Assembly (NCBI GenBank): GCA_964609645.1
Contig: CAZSTD010000001.1
Location: forward strand, 12,091 to 55,959
Source: an uncultured Blautia sp.
GTDB lineage: Bacteria; Bacillota; Clostridia; Lachnospirales; Lachnospiraceae
DNA: 43,869 nt
Direction of reading: 5' to 3'
Shown here: piece by piece, positions 9,896 through 19,157 of the stretch
Layout: each line of letters begins with the position of its first letter
Numbering within the stretch: position 1 is the first letter of the stretch
Made by a program: the position numbers and the translations under genes
The notes under the pieces: generated by a model
Seen by the model: the letters and a program-made list of their open reading frames with translations, nothing else
Databases searched by the model: none
What the model was told of the DNA's origin: nothing

Positions 9896-10708
9896 TTATA
9901 ATACATCTGCGAAATGGATCCGCAGGCGTTTAAACACCCAGCTTCCAAATAAAAAGCACAGGATCGTAAACACCCAGAAATAGATCGTCCAGCCTGCGTG
10001 CTCGAAAAACCAGGATTTCATGATAAAAGTATCTCTGTATCCGGAAACCACATAGTAAAGTGGGTTCAGCTTTAAGATCTTCTGCAGTGTCTCATGTCCC
10101 TGCAGAGAATTTTCTGCGATCCACATGATCGGTGTCAGCCAGATGCCTACCTGCAGCGCGATGTTGATGATCTGTGACAGATCTCTGAAAAAGATCACGA
10201 CCGCGCTTGTCGCATAGCAAAGTCCCAGAACCAGCACAAACACACATGCACTGTAATAAAACAGCTGCAGATAATATAAATCCGGAAATCTTCCGTATGC
10301 CATATATAAAAGGATCGTAAAGAGCACAAAAAATGCATGTACAAACATCGCGGAAATGATCTTAACAACTGGCAGGACGCTGATATTAAAGACGACTTTT
10401 TTTACCAGATAATTGTATTCGAGCATGGCGTTCGTTCCCCCGATCAGCGCATCTTGGAAGAAAAACCAAGGTACGATCCCGGCTACCAGATACAGCACAA
10501 ACGGAACGCCCAGATCTCCGGTTCCGGAGCGGAACCCTACTGAGAACACAAACCAGTACACCATAATGGTGATAACCGGCTGGATAAATGCCCAGATGAT
10601 CCCCAGATAAGATCCCGCATACCTTGTCTTAAAGTCATTCTTTGCAAGTTTGAGCACCAGTCGTCTGTTTTTATAAATGTCTAAGGGTAAAGAAAAAATT
10701 GTTTTCAA
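9896..10708 (-). CDS. wzm: Polysaccharide ABC exporter permease
   Basis: DFKTRYAGSYLGIIWAFIQP, TPIMW, LNPLYY, FKRLRIHFADVL: ABC-2 permease motifs; adjacent to wzt. Confidence 0.9.
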   Translation of the reverse strand: MKTIFSLPLDIYKNRRLVLKLAKNDFKTRYAGSYLGIIWAFIQPVITIMVYWFVFSVGFRSGTGDLGVPFVLYLVAGIVPWFFFQDALIGGTNAMLEYNYLVKKVVFNISVLPVVKIISAMFVHAFFVLFTILLYMAYGRFPDLYYLQLFYYSACVFVLVLGLCYATSAVVIFFRDLSQIINIALQVGIWLTPIMWIAENSLQGHETLQKILKLNPLYYVVSGYRDTFIMKSWFFEHAGWTIYFWVFTILCFLFGSWVFKRLRIHFADVL

Positions 10709-10720
10709 TCTGTTGTTCTC

Positions 10721-11275
10721 CTATTTGCGATACTCCTGAAGGCTTCCCCATTTGGTATCTTTCTCAGAAAAGCTCAATTCCATTCCTTCCGGGATCGGCC
10801 ACTCAATTCCAATCTGTTCATCGTTCCAGATCAGGCCGCCTTCATCGTTTGGATGATAAAAGTCTGAGCATTTGTAAGCAAACTCCGCATGGTCAGAGAG
10901 TACAAGGAAACCGTGTGCAAATCCTTTCGGGATAAAGAACTGTTTCTTATTTTCAGCTGAAAGGACAACACCAAACCATTTGCCAAAAGTCTCAGAGCCT
11001 TCGCGCAGATCCACTGCCACGTCAAATACCTCACCGCTCACGACACGTACCAGTTTATCCTGAGGATAGTTGATCTGGAAGTGAAGTCCGCGGAGTACAC
11101 CCTTGTGGGAGCTGGACTGGTTATCCTGTACAAACTGTACATCAATCCCGGCTTCTTTAAAATCATTGTAATTATAGGTTTCCATAAAATAGCCTCTGGC
11201 ATCTCCGAAGACAGTTGGCTCTACTACCTTTAAGCCTTTGATCCCGCCGCATTCTGTTACTTTGATTTTTCCCAT
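10721..11275 (-). CDS. rfbC: dTDP-4-dehydrorhamnose 3,5-epimerase
   Basis: FGDARGYF, VQDNQSSS, GVLRGLHFQ, DVAVDLR, GFAHGF. Confidence 0.95.
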   Translation of the reverse strand: MGKIKVTECGGIKGLKVVEPTVFGDARGYFMETYNYNDFKEAGIDVQFVQDNQSSSHKGVLRGLHFQINYPQDKLVRVVSGEVFDVAVDLREGSETFGKWFGVVLSAENKKQFFIPKGFAHGFLVLSDHAEFAYKCSDFYHPNDEGGLIWNDEQIGIEWPIPEGMELSFSEKDTKWGSLQEYRK

Positions 11276-11295
11276 TTTGTTTTCCTCTTTTCTCT

Positions 11296-12594
11296 TTATT
11301 TACGTCTGTTATTTTTCTTTACAAGAGCCATCAAAAGGACTCCTAAGATCAACAGCATCACTGCCATCACGACCAGCAAAATTTTCAGCAAACTCTCATC
11401 TTCCTGCGTGTCCGCTTCCTCTGACTGTTCCGTCTGCGTCTGTGCGTCCGACTCCTGTATCTCCTCCTGCTGTGGATCATCCGACCCAGTGGCAGTATCT
11501 GCTTCCGGCACTTTCGTCGGTTCCGGTGTCGGTGTCGCTGTCACGATCGGAACTACCGCAGTTCCTACCAAGTAGTTATTGAAATAATAAGATTTGCGTT
11601 TCTCACTGCCGTTTTCCTGTGAATCTACAGTGAGTGCGTTCACATCTGTTCCCTTTGGGATCAGGACACTGCCGCCATCTACTTTTGTTTTGGCAAAATT
11701 CTGATAAGCGTAGTCAAACAGCGCCGTCGAATCTGCAACCGCATATGCCAGCTCCGGCGCACGCAGCGTAACGGTAATGTAAGTACCTTTTTTTCTTTTG
11801 ACCGCAGTCACCAGAGTGCTTCCCGCAGCGTTCGTGTTTCCTGTTTTTCCGCCGATACAGCCTTTATAATAGTAAGTCGTTTCTGACGCGAGCATCGGAT
11901 GATGCGTGTGAAGCCTGCGTGATTCACTGTTTAGATTTGTCGGCTTGATCGTGTAGGTCGGCGTTTTTATGATCTTCGAAAAAGTCTTATTTTTCAGCCC
12001 CTCCTGCATAATCTTTGCCATGTCATGCGCCGTCGAATAGTGGTTTTCATCCGGAAGACCGCTCGCATTTGTAAAATGTGTATTGGTGCATCCGATCTCA
12101 GCTGCACGTGCATTCATCATGTCAATGAAGTTCTGCTCCGTACCTCCCACATGTTCCGCGATCTGGGCAGCCACATCATTAGCAGACTGAATGATCAGCG
12201 CATACAGGCAGTCCTGCATGCTCATCACTTCCCCAAGCTGCATCCCAATGTTTCCAGAATCCCACGTCACATCCCTGACTCCAGTCTCTGTGAAGGTCAC
12301 CTGCTCATCCAAAGAAGCATTCTCCACAGCCACCAAAAGTGTCATCAGTTTTGTAATGCTCGCTGGATAGCGGAGCTCATCTCCTCCTTTATTATATAGA
12401 AGGATTCCGCTCTGCGCATCCATCAGCACTGCCACATCTGATGTCAGCTCCGGTCCTGCCGGCCATCCCGCGATCTGATCTGTCGAGGTTTCATAGACCG
12501 CATTCAGATCCACCGCTGCAAGCGCACTCGCAGGCGACATACACAAGACAGATGCAGCCAGGATTGCCGTTATTCGTTGTTTCCATTTTTTCAT
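11296..12594 (-). CDS. D-alanyl-D-alanine carboxypeptidase (peptidase S11), membrane anchored
   Basis: Signal peptide; SxxK (PASITK), SxN (QSAND), KTG (GGKTG); PT/acidic linker and C-terminal TM with basic tail. Confidence 0.9.
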   Translation of the reverse strand: MKKWKQRITAILAASVLCMSPASALAAVDLNAVYETSTDQIAGWPAGPELTSDVAVLMDAQSGILLYNKGGDELRYPASITKLMTLLVAVENASLDEQVTFTETGVRDVTWDSGNIGMQLGEVMSMQDCLYALIIQSANDVAAQIAEHVGGTEQNFIDMMNARAAEIGCTNTHFTNASGLPDENHYSTAHDMAKIMQEGLKNKTFSKIIKTPTYTIKPTNLNSESRRLHTHHPMLASETTYYYKGCIGGKTGNTNAAGSTLVTAVKRKKGTYITVTLRAPELAYAVADSTALFDYAYQNFAKTKVDGGSVLIPKGTDVNALTVDSQENGSEKRKSYYFNNYLVGTAVVPIVTATPTPEPTKVPEADTATGSDDPQQEEIQESDAQTQTEQSEEADTQEDESLLKILLVVMAVMLLILGVLLMALVKKNNRRK

Positions 12595-12625
12595 TTTTTT
12601 ATTTCCTCTATACTATATCGCAAGA

Positions 12626-13756
12626 TCAAAATCCATCGAATCCTGCCACTGCATCCGTCACCCGCTTCACATCTTCCATATCCAGATTGTAGAACATCGG
12701 CAGACGCAGCAAACGTTCACTCTCTTTCGTGGTATAGACATCCTCACCTGCAAATCTTCCATATTTCTTTCCAGCAGGTGCTGAGTGGAGGGGAACATAG
12801 TGGAATACCGAACAGATCTCATTTTCTCTCAGATATCGGATCAGTCTTGTGCGAACATCCATATCCCGTACCTTTATATAGTACATATGCGCATTATGCG
12901 AACATTCCTCCGGCACGAATGGCTGCTCGATCTTACCCTCCGCAGCCAGGTGTGCAAGATTTTTGTGATAATAGTCATAGATCTCCATCCTCTTATTGAA
13001 GATCTTTTCTCTTTCTTCCAGCTGTGCATAGAGGTATGCGGCGTTTAATTCACTCGGAAGGTAGGAAGATCCATAATCCATCCAACGGTATTTATCCACC
13101 TGGCCTCTAAAAAATTTACTTCTGTCCGTTCCCTTCTCTCTGAGTATCTCCGCTTTCTCCTGATAACGGTCATCCTGGTAAAGGATCGCACCACCCTCTC
13201 CCATCGTATAATTCTTCGTCTCATGGAAGCTGTAGCATCCGAAATCTCCGATCGTTCCCAGCGCTTTGCCCTTGTAGAAGGCATCGACTCCCTGCGCTGC
13301 ATCCTCCACAACTTTCAGTCCGTATTTCTTCGCAAGTGCCATGATCGTATCCATCTCACAGGCCACTCCTGCATAATGGACCGGCACAATAGCCTTAGTG
13401 CGCTCTGTGATTGCCTGCTCGATCAGATTTTCATCCATGTTCATGGTATCCGGGCGGATATCAATGAACACGATCTTCGCCTGTCGCAGTACGAACGCAT
13501 CCGCAGTTGACACAAACGTATAAGAGGGCATGATCACCTCATCCCCCGGCTGAATATCGCAAAGATAGGCTGCCATCTCCAATGCATGTGTGCATGAAGT
13601 TGTCAGCATTGCATGACGTACCTGAAACTGTTTTTCCATCCAGTCAGAACATCTTTTGGTATACTCACCATCCCCGCACAATATTCCTCTATGCACAGCG
13701 TCCTGAATATACGCAAGTTCCCTGCCCACATGGGCAGGTCTGTTAAAATCAATCAT
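12626..13756 (-). CDS. rffA: dTDP-4-amino-4,6-dideoxygalactose transaminase (WecE/RffA)
   Basis: LTTSCTHALEM, PSYTFVST, VEDAAQG, SFHETKN (PLP lysine), EKGTDRSKFFRGQVDKY, FHYVPLH. Confidence 0.88.
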   Translation of the reverse strand: MIDFNRPAHVGRELAYIQDAVHRGILCGDGEYTKRCSDWMEKQFQVRHAMLTTSCTHALEMAAYLCDIQPGDEVIMPSYTFVSTADAFVLRQAKIVFIDIRPDTMNMDENLIEQAITERTKAIVPVHYAGVACEMDTIMALAKKYGLKVVEDAAQGVDAFYKGKALGTIGDFGCYSFHETKNYTMGEGGAILYQDDRYQEKAEILREKGTDRSKFFRGQVDKYRWMDYGSSYLPSELNAAYLYAQLEEREKIFNKRMEIYDYYHKNLAHLAAEGKIEQPFVPEECSHNAHMYYIKVRDMDVRTRLIRYLRENEICSVFHYVPLHSAPAGKKYGRFAGEDVYTTKESERLLRLPMFYNLDMEDVKRVTDAVAGFDGF

Positions 13757-13808
13757 TTGTTACCTCTTTTATTTCTCTATATAAAGTATCTCCTGTTCTG
13801 GCAGATTT

Positions 13809-14804
13809 TTAGCTTGCTTCTCTGACAGATTTCTGTGTCTCTTTTTTCATTTCTTCTGACTGATTCTGAGATTTATCCTTCTGTGAGATGTTTCGTGTTT
13901 CCCGGATCACATACTGCGGTGTCTTATTGATATTAAGGATCAGTTTACCTATGTACTCTCCAATGATCCCCATCATCAAAAAGCAGATGCCGAACAACAC
14001 CAAAAATGCACACATCAGTGAAGACCATCCGATCGCGATCGACGGATCTAAGAGCTTTCGGATAAAAACTGCCAAAGCTCCGATAAACCCTGCCGCCGAA
14101 AAGATCGTTCCGAAAAACGTTGCAAGTCGCAGAGGGATCACCGTAAAGTTTAGACAGGACATAAACAATTTCAATCCTCTGCGGAAATTATAATTGGATT
14201 CCCCTACCTCTCTGGCATAATGTTCAATCTCAATGTTTGCGATATTGTGAGTTGTGCGGAAAAATAGCACCTGCAAAAAGATGTTATAGCCATCATATTT
14301 GACCACCTCATCCCGCACATATTTCCTGCAGCACCAGAAACTGCTCATCTGAATATCCTTTGGTCTATCCAGCAGATGCCACAAAAGATATCTGCTGACT
14401 GCCCCAGTAATGTTCTTCATCAGCGAAAACTTCCGCTCTTTAAAGACGCCGAAGACAATGTCATAGCCTTCTTCCATTTTCTCCAGAAACTGCGGGATCT
14501 GGGACGGATGATTCTGCATATCATCGTCCATCCCCACGATCAGCTCCCCTTCTGCCTGAGAAAGCGCAGCCATGATCGCGTTGTGCTGTCCAAAATTTTT
14601 CGCCAGGTTGATCCCTTTTACATTTGGATAGCGATCCGTCAGCTTGCGGATGGACTCCCATGTCCCATCCCTTGAATAATCATTGACAAGGACAAATTCA
14701 CATTCATATCCTTTTAGTTTCTCAAATTCCTCCGTCGCAAGATCCACCACTTTTCCAATCGTGTGCTCGGAGTTATAACACGGTATAACGATCGATACCA
14801 GCAT
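13809..14804 (-). CDS. Polyprenyl-phosphate glycosyltransferase (ArnC/GtrB-like GT2 with two C-terminal TMs)
   Basis: VSIVIPCYN, VNDYSRDGT, KNFGQHNA, MDDDMQ, two TMs, GIIGEYIGK. Start ATG 14804 with RBS. Confidence 0.85.
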   Translation of the reverse strand: MLVSIVIPCYNSEHTIGKVVDLATEEFEKLKGYECEFVLVNDYSRDGTWESIRKLTDRYPNVKGINLAKNFGQHNAIMAALSQAEGELIVGMDDDMQNHPSQIPQFLEKMEEGYDIVFGVFKERKFSLMKNITGAVSRYLLWHLLDRPKDIQMSSFWCCRKYVRDEVVKYDGYNIFLQVLFFRTTHNIANIEIEHYAREVGESNYNFRRGLKLFMSCLNFTVIPLRLATFFGTIFSAAGFIGALAVFIRKLLDPSIAIGWSSLMCAFLVLFGICFLMMGIIGEYIGKLILNINKTPQYVIRETRNISQKDKSQNQSEEMKKETQKSVREAS

Positions 14805-14885
14805 TTCCTTTGTCTCTCCTTTTATACCTGTCAGGTCACACAAAGCTTCCCTCGCTTACATCCAGCATCCCACTGTCTATACAAG

Positions 14886-15230
14886 CTACAGAGAAAAGAT
14901 CACGATCCCAAGAAGGATCAGCGCGATCCCTAACAGTTTTCTCTTTCCTATCTTCTCCTTCAAAAAAAACCATCCCATAACTGCTACAAAAATATATCCT
15001 GTGGATTCTAAGATCGGCTGCAAAGATAACGGGATCTCGCGCAGTGCCAGCATCGTCAGGATCACAGAACAGAAAAACATTCCGTATGCAAAGATCACCA
15101 ATGGATTCATATACTCACGGATATGATCTGTGTAAGTTTTGTCTGCTGCTTTTTTCAGCAGGATCTGAGACACCGATGAAATAAACACGGAAATCAAAAG
15201 CAGGCATATCGCCCCTTGAAATTCACTCAT
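14886..15230 (-). CDS. Small EamA/SMR-type membrane protein (ArnE/ArnF-like flippase subunit)
   Basis: About 114 aa, four hydrophobic segments, SQILLK and FLKEKI motifs. ATG 15230 with GGAGG RBS overlaps the upstream stop. Confidence 0.75.
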   Translation of the reverse strand: MSEFQGAICLLLISVFISSVSQILLKKAADKTYTDHIREYMNPLVIFAYGMFFCSVILTMLALREIPLSLQPILESTGYIFVAVMGWFFLKEKIGKRKLLGIALILLGIVIFSL

Positions 15231-15612
15231 GCGCTTTTCCTCCTTTGTTTTCCTCTTTCTCACTGGTCACCAGATAGATCCCCAAAAAGATCACGCAGGC
15301 CCCAGCCAGCATATTCCATGTGATCTTCTCTCCAAAGATCAGACGACCCCACACGATCCCCCAGATCAAAGTCACCGGCTTGTTCGCGTAGGCGACAGTA
15401 AGGGGCATCCGTTTTAATACCTGCTGCCAGACGATCGCATACCCAAACATGATGACAAAAACCAGCCCGAACCAAAAGACAAATCCTACAGAGAAGATCT
15501 GATCTGTATATCCGGAGGCAAGTTTTGAGCACACACCGCTCAAAGAGCTGAACAGAAGGCTGATATGCAGCAGTAAAAACAGGCTTTTTTTCTTATTTAG
15601 ATAATTACTCAT
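15223..15612 (-). CDS. Small EamA/SMR-type membrane protein (ArnE/ArnF-like flippase subunit)
   Basis: 129 aa, four TMs, WQQVLKRMPLTVAY and FGEKIT, as in ArnE/F-like proteins. Confidence 0.75.
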   Translation of the reverse strand: MSNYLNKKKSLFLLLHISLLFSSLSGVCSKLASGYTDQIFSVGFVFWFGLVFVIMFGYAIVWQQVLKRMPLTVAYANKPVTLIWGIVWGRLIFGEKITWNMLAGACVIFLGIYLVTSEKEENKGGKAHE

Positions 15613-15627
15613 GTTATTCTCTCACAA

Positions 15628-16815
15628 TCAACATATAAATTCAATGTTTATTTTAGCCAAAACATCGTCCAGACGACGCTCACATTTCTCCAAAGTTTCC
15701 CCTGTAAGGATCACCTGTCCCAGTCTGTCTCGTCCATTTTCATAGCGCCGGATCTCATCCCCACTCTCGACATTAAAGGAAAGGTCTATGATGTCCGCAC
15801 AAGGTTCATTTGTGTTATGGATCTCTTTTAATATCCCACTTTTGTCCGAAGTCAGGATATGTGAAAGGCTTGCAGTCCGCGGCGGATCGCCGACAAACAA
15901 TTCCTCAATCTGCATATCCATTGCCAGACGAACGATCGCCTCATAATAGTCGATTCCATAGTAGATCCCCACCGTCTCCGGCAGGCAGGTTCCTCCCGCC
16001 CTTCCGGTGATCTCGATCACATAGATCTTTCCATCCTTTTCCATCAGATCACAGTTTACTGGGCAGTTATCCATTCCCAGAGCACGCGCTGCCAAAAGCA
16101 CCTGCCTTTTTACTTCCGCCCCGAGCTCATCCTGCTTTTTATATGGAACAGAATGGCCAATCGGAGTAGGAACATACCCCGGATAATTTTCAATATTATT
16201 GGGAAGGCAATAGAGCAATTTTCCACCAGAGATCATCGCTTCGCATCCGAGCATACGTCCCTCAATAAATTCTTCCAAAAGGCAATACTCTTTTCTGGTC
16301 GCGCCCATTGTATCCGCATAGTGCATCCGGACTTCTTCCTTCGTGTCACAGCGAAACAGTCCGCGGCTTCCCATAAGATCCACTGCTTTTAAGATCACTG
16401 GAAAGTCTAAAACTTCCATCGCATTCTCCAGTTCTTCTCTGCTATGGACACAGATATGTCGTGCACAGTTGACACCGCCCCTTTGAAATGCCTCCTTCAT
16501 CAGGTACTTATCAGAGCAAAGTTTTCCCGCCTCCATGGAAAGTCCTTTGAGTCCCATGTTCTCACAGACATATCCGATGGAGCGGACCCCTGCATCCAGA
16601 CAGCAGGTAGCGATCCCGCTGATCTGATGGCTCTGTGCAGCTCTTAGGACAGCCTCCGGGTCTGAGATATCGGTGTAAGATACCTCTCCGGCCAGTGAAA
16701 ATCCTGGCCAGTCCCCGGGCGTGCTCACTGCCACCGTCTCGATCCCCAGCCTAGCAGCCGCTTCATACAGCGGGATCTGGGAATAACTGGCTCCAAGAAT
16801 CATTAACTTTTTCAT
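15628..16815 (-). CDS. ATP-grasp carboxylate-amine ligase (L-amino-acid-ligase-like)
   Basis: DKYLMK, PVILKAVDLMGSRG, LEEFIEG, YVIEITGRAGG, C-terminal DRLGQV. Alternative start at 16833. Confidence 0.85.
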   Translation of the reverse strand: MKKLMILGASYSQIPLYEAAARLGIETVAVSTPGDWPGFSLAGEVSYTDISDPEAVLRAAQSHQISGIATCCLDAGVRSIGYVCENMGLKGLSMEAGKLCSDKYLMKEAFQRGGVNCARHICVHSREELENAMEVLDFPVILKAVDLMGSRGLFRCDTKEEVRMHYADTMGATRKEYCLLEEFIEGRMLGCEAMISGGKLLYCLPNNIENYPGYVPTPIGHSVPYKKQDELGAEVKRQVLLAARALGMDNCPVNCDLMEKDGKIYVIEITGRAGGTCLPETVGIYYGIDYYEAIVRLAMDMQIEELFVGDPPRTASLSHILTSDKSGILKEIHNTNEPCADIIDLSFNVESGDEIRRYENGRDRLGQVILTGETLEKCERRLDDVLAKINIEFIC

Positions 16816-16899
16816 AAATCGTTGTCGATCCATCCTTTCTTACTGTTATATCTGGTTCGGTCTGCCTAATCACGTTTCTATCAGCAGCAACCTTTTCTA

Positions 16900-19008
16900 T
16901 CAACATTTTGTTGTTTCCAGAAGGTCAAAAAACAGGGGAAGTCCACCAGTGTGTATAAATAAAATATTCTTTCCATGAACCTCCTGCTTTTTCAAGTATT
17001 CCATCATACCATAAAAAGCTTTTCCTGTATATGTCATATCCAGAGGGATGCCATCCGACTGATAAAGCTGGCAGATCGTCTGCGCCACAGGTTCAGAGTA
17101 CGCACCATATCCGCCCTCCATATAGGCATCTGTAAAAAAAATCTCCTCCTCCCAGTTGTCCGGCAGAGTCCAGTCATTCCTCTGTGCATACTGGCGGATA
17201 TTTCCTGCGATCACTTCCTTGCCGCGCTTTTCATTTCTGGAGACGGAGATCCCCACGATCTTACAGTCATCCTTGTAAAAAAGCTTGCCTGCCAAAAGCC
17301 CGGACTGTGTGGCATTGGTGCTGGATGCCAGGAAAATATAGTCAAATAAAGTTCCCTGCTCTTTTTCCCATCTGAGTATCTCCTGGTATGTCTTCTCATA
17401 GGCCCGCATAGGTATGTGCTCATTTCCTTCACCTTTTTCGTTTCCATAGATATAATACGGGCGATATCCCTGTTCTGTCAGCTCATCCATGGCAGTCCGG
17501 ACAGCATCCGCGATCGTCTGCTTTCCGCATCGGATCTCATGGACTCCCATCTTCCGGATGATACGGCTGTTATTTGTCTCACGTTCTTCCCTGATGTCTT
17601 CGGTGTTATGCACCATATAACACGGGATCGCAAGCTGATGGCAAAGCGTAGCCAAAATCCTGCAAAGGTTGGAGTGATCATTTCCATAAATGACCATACT
17701 GTCGCAGTGTTTCTTTTTCATATCTTCCACAAACTCCCAGGCAAAACGTACTTTGTTTCCCCCGAAGGAAAATGGAAGCAGATCATCTCTTTTTATATAG
17801 AAGTGATTTTTTCCATCCCCTGCGCGAGGCTTCTGGATCGGTGTCTCAAACAATGTGATCGGGTTTTCTACTGGTCCCTGATGAAGAAGCATCTCCATCT
17901 CCTCCATGGAATCCGTCTGTAGGATATAAAAGCCCGGTCTGCTTGAGCTATCCACGATCACTGCGCCGTCAGCATCACTTTCCTGCACGATCTTGCGGAT
18001 ATTTTGTGGATAATTCTGCTTGATCCACTCCAAATGGTGGATTTCCTTCTGATCCATCAAAAAACGCACCGCAGAAACATACTGTGCGGCATCTTCCCGT
18101 ATACACGGCGGATTTCCGGCTGCCACATCCACGACCATCCCCACAAAATCCTGTCCTGTGGACAGCGGTACCAGATCCGAGCCAATGCAGTCTCCGCCCA
18201 TTCTTGATCCAATCTCAATGATCCTCACATTTCCTTCTTTGTCGATCCGCAGTTCACTGTGTCCAGCTCCATATTTCACTTTCAATGCATCCAGTGCTGC
18301 AAAGACCGTCTCTCTCACTTTCTCTTTTAGCTGCACACTCAGCGGTGCAGGTTCAAGATGTCCTACCTCAATATAATGCGGATTTCCTGTGGTATATTTC
18401 TTCGTGACAGCCAGCAGTGTATGTTTTCCCTGATAGCTGATCGTCTCCACACTGTACTCTGCACCCTCGATATATTCTTCCACGATCGCCTTCTTTTCAA
18501 AGGACTGTTCGATCGCACGCAAGATCGCCGGCTGCAGTTCTTCCTCACACTCTACTCTGGTGATCCCGCGGCTTCCGGAGCGGTCTGTCGGTTTTACGAT
18601 CACCGGATATCCCGGCACTTTAAGTTTCTCCCCTTCGCCTACCGATGCAAAAAACGGAGTCCAGATCCCAGCTTTCGCAAACGCATCCCGCATCTGAAAT
18701 TTGTTTGTGGACGCTTCGATGCATTCCGCACTATTTCCAGGCAGTCCAAGTTTTTCAGCGAGGTATTGCACCGTAATATTTGCGAGATCCGATCCGATCG
18801 TTGCCACTGCCTGCGGCTGGATCTGTCTGCACTGCTCTAAGATTTTTTCTTTTTCTGTAATGCTGATCTCATAAAAATAATCTGCATCCTCTGCTCCTGT
18901 CGCGCCCTCTCTCCATGCAAATACATGTGTTTCATAACCCATCTCATGGGCTTTTTGGATCAATGGTCTTTGGAAGTCGTTCGCTCCTATGATCACAATC
19001 TTTTTCAT
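16900..19008 (-). CDS. Fusion: N-terminal ATP-grasp ligase + C-terminal PLP fold-II D-cysteine desulfhydrase/ACC deaminase-like domain
   Basis: N-terminal NKFQMR, PVIVKPTDRSGSRG, EEYIEG, IIEIGSRMGG. C-terminal YIKRDD...GGNK, YTGKA, LFIHTGG. One uninterrupted 702-aa frame. Confidence 0.85.
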   Translation of the reverse strand: MKKIVIIGANDFQRPLIQKAHEMGYETHVFAWREGATGAEDADYFYEISITEKEKILEQCRQIQPQAVATIGSDLANITVQYLAEKLGLPGNSAECIEASTNKFQMRDAFAKAGIWTPFFASVGEGEKLKVPGYPVIVKPTDRSGSRGITRVECEEELQPAILRAIEQSFEKKAIVEEYIEGAEYSVETISYQGKHTLLAVTKKYTTGNPHYIEVGHLEPAPLSVQLKEKVRETVFAALDALKVKYGAGHSELRIDKEGNVRIIEIGSRMGGDCIGSDLVPLSTGQDFVGMVVDVAAGNPPCIREDAAQYVSAVRFLMDQKEIHHLEWIKQNYPQNIRKIVQESDADGAVIVDSSSRPGFYILQTDSMEEMEMLLHQGPVENPITLFETPIQKPRAGDGKNHFYIKRDDLLPFSFGGNKVRFAWEFVEDMKKKHCDSMVIYGNDHSNLCRILATLCHQLAIPCYMVHNTEDIREERETNNSRIIRKMGVHEIRCGKQTIADAVRTAMDELTEQGYRPYYIYGNEKGEGNEHIPMRAYEKTYQEILRWEKEQGTLFDYIFLASSTNATQSGLLAGKLFYKDDCKIVGISVSRNEKRGKEVIAGNIRQYAQRNDWTLPDNWEEEIFFTDAYMEGGYGAYSEPVAQTICQLYQSDGIPLDMTYTGKAFYGMMEYLKKQEVHGKNILFIHTGGLPLFFDLLETTKC

Positions 19009-19119
19009 CCTATCCTCTCCTCCTATCTTTTTCTATAAACTCTCTATCCCATTCATGAACCACATCGGCAATTGAACGTTATCCCAAAACGGATTTTCAC
19101 ATATTATTGCCCATTGAAT

Positions 19120-19156
19120 AAGAAAGGCCCTGTGTATCATCCACAGAGCCTTTCTT
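19120..19156 (-). terminator. Probable intrinsic terminator
   Basis: Minus strand AAGAAAGGCTCTGTG-loop-CACAGGGCCTTTCTT directly after the 19158 stop. Confidence 0.6.
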
Positions 19157-19157
19157 G

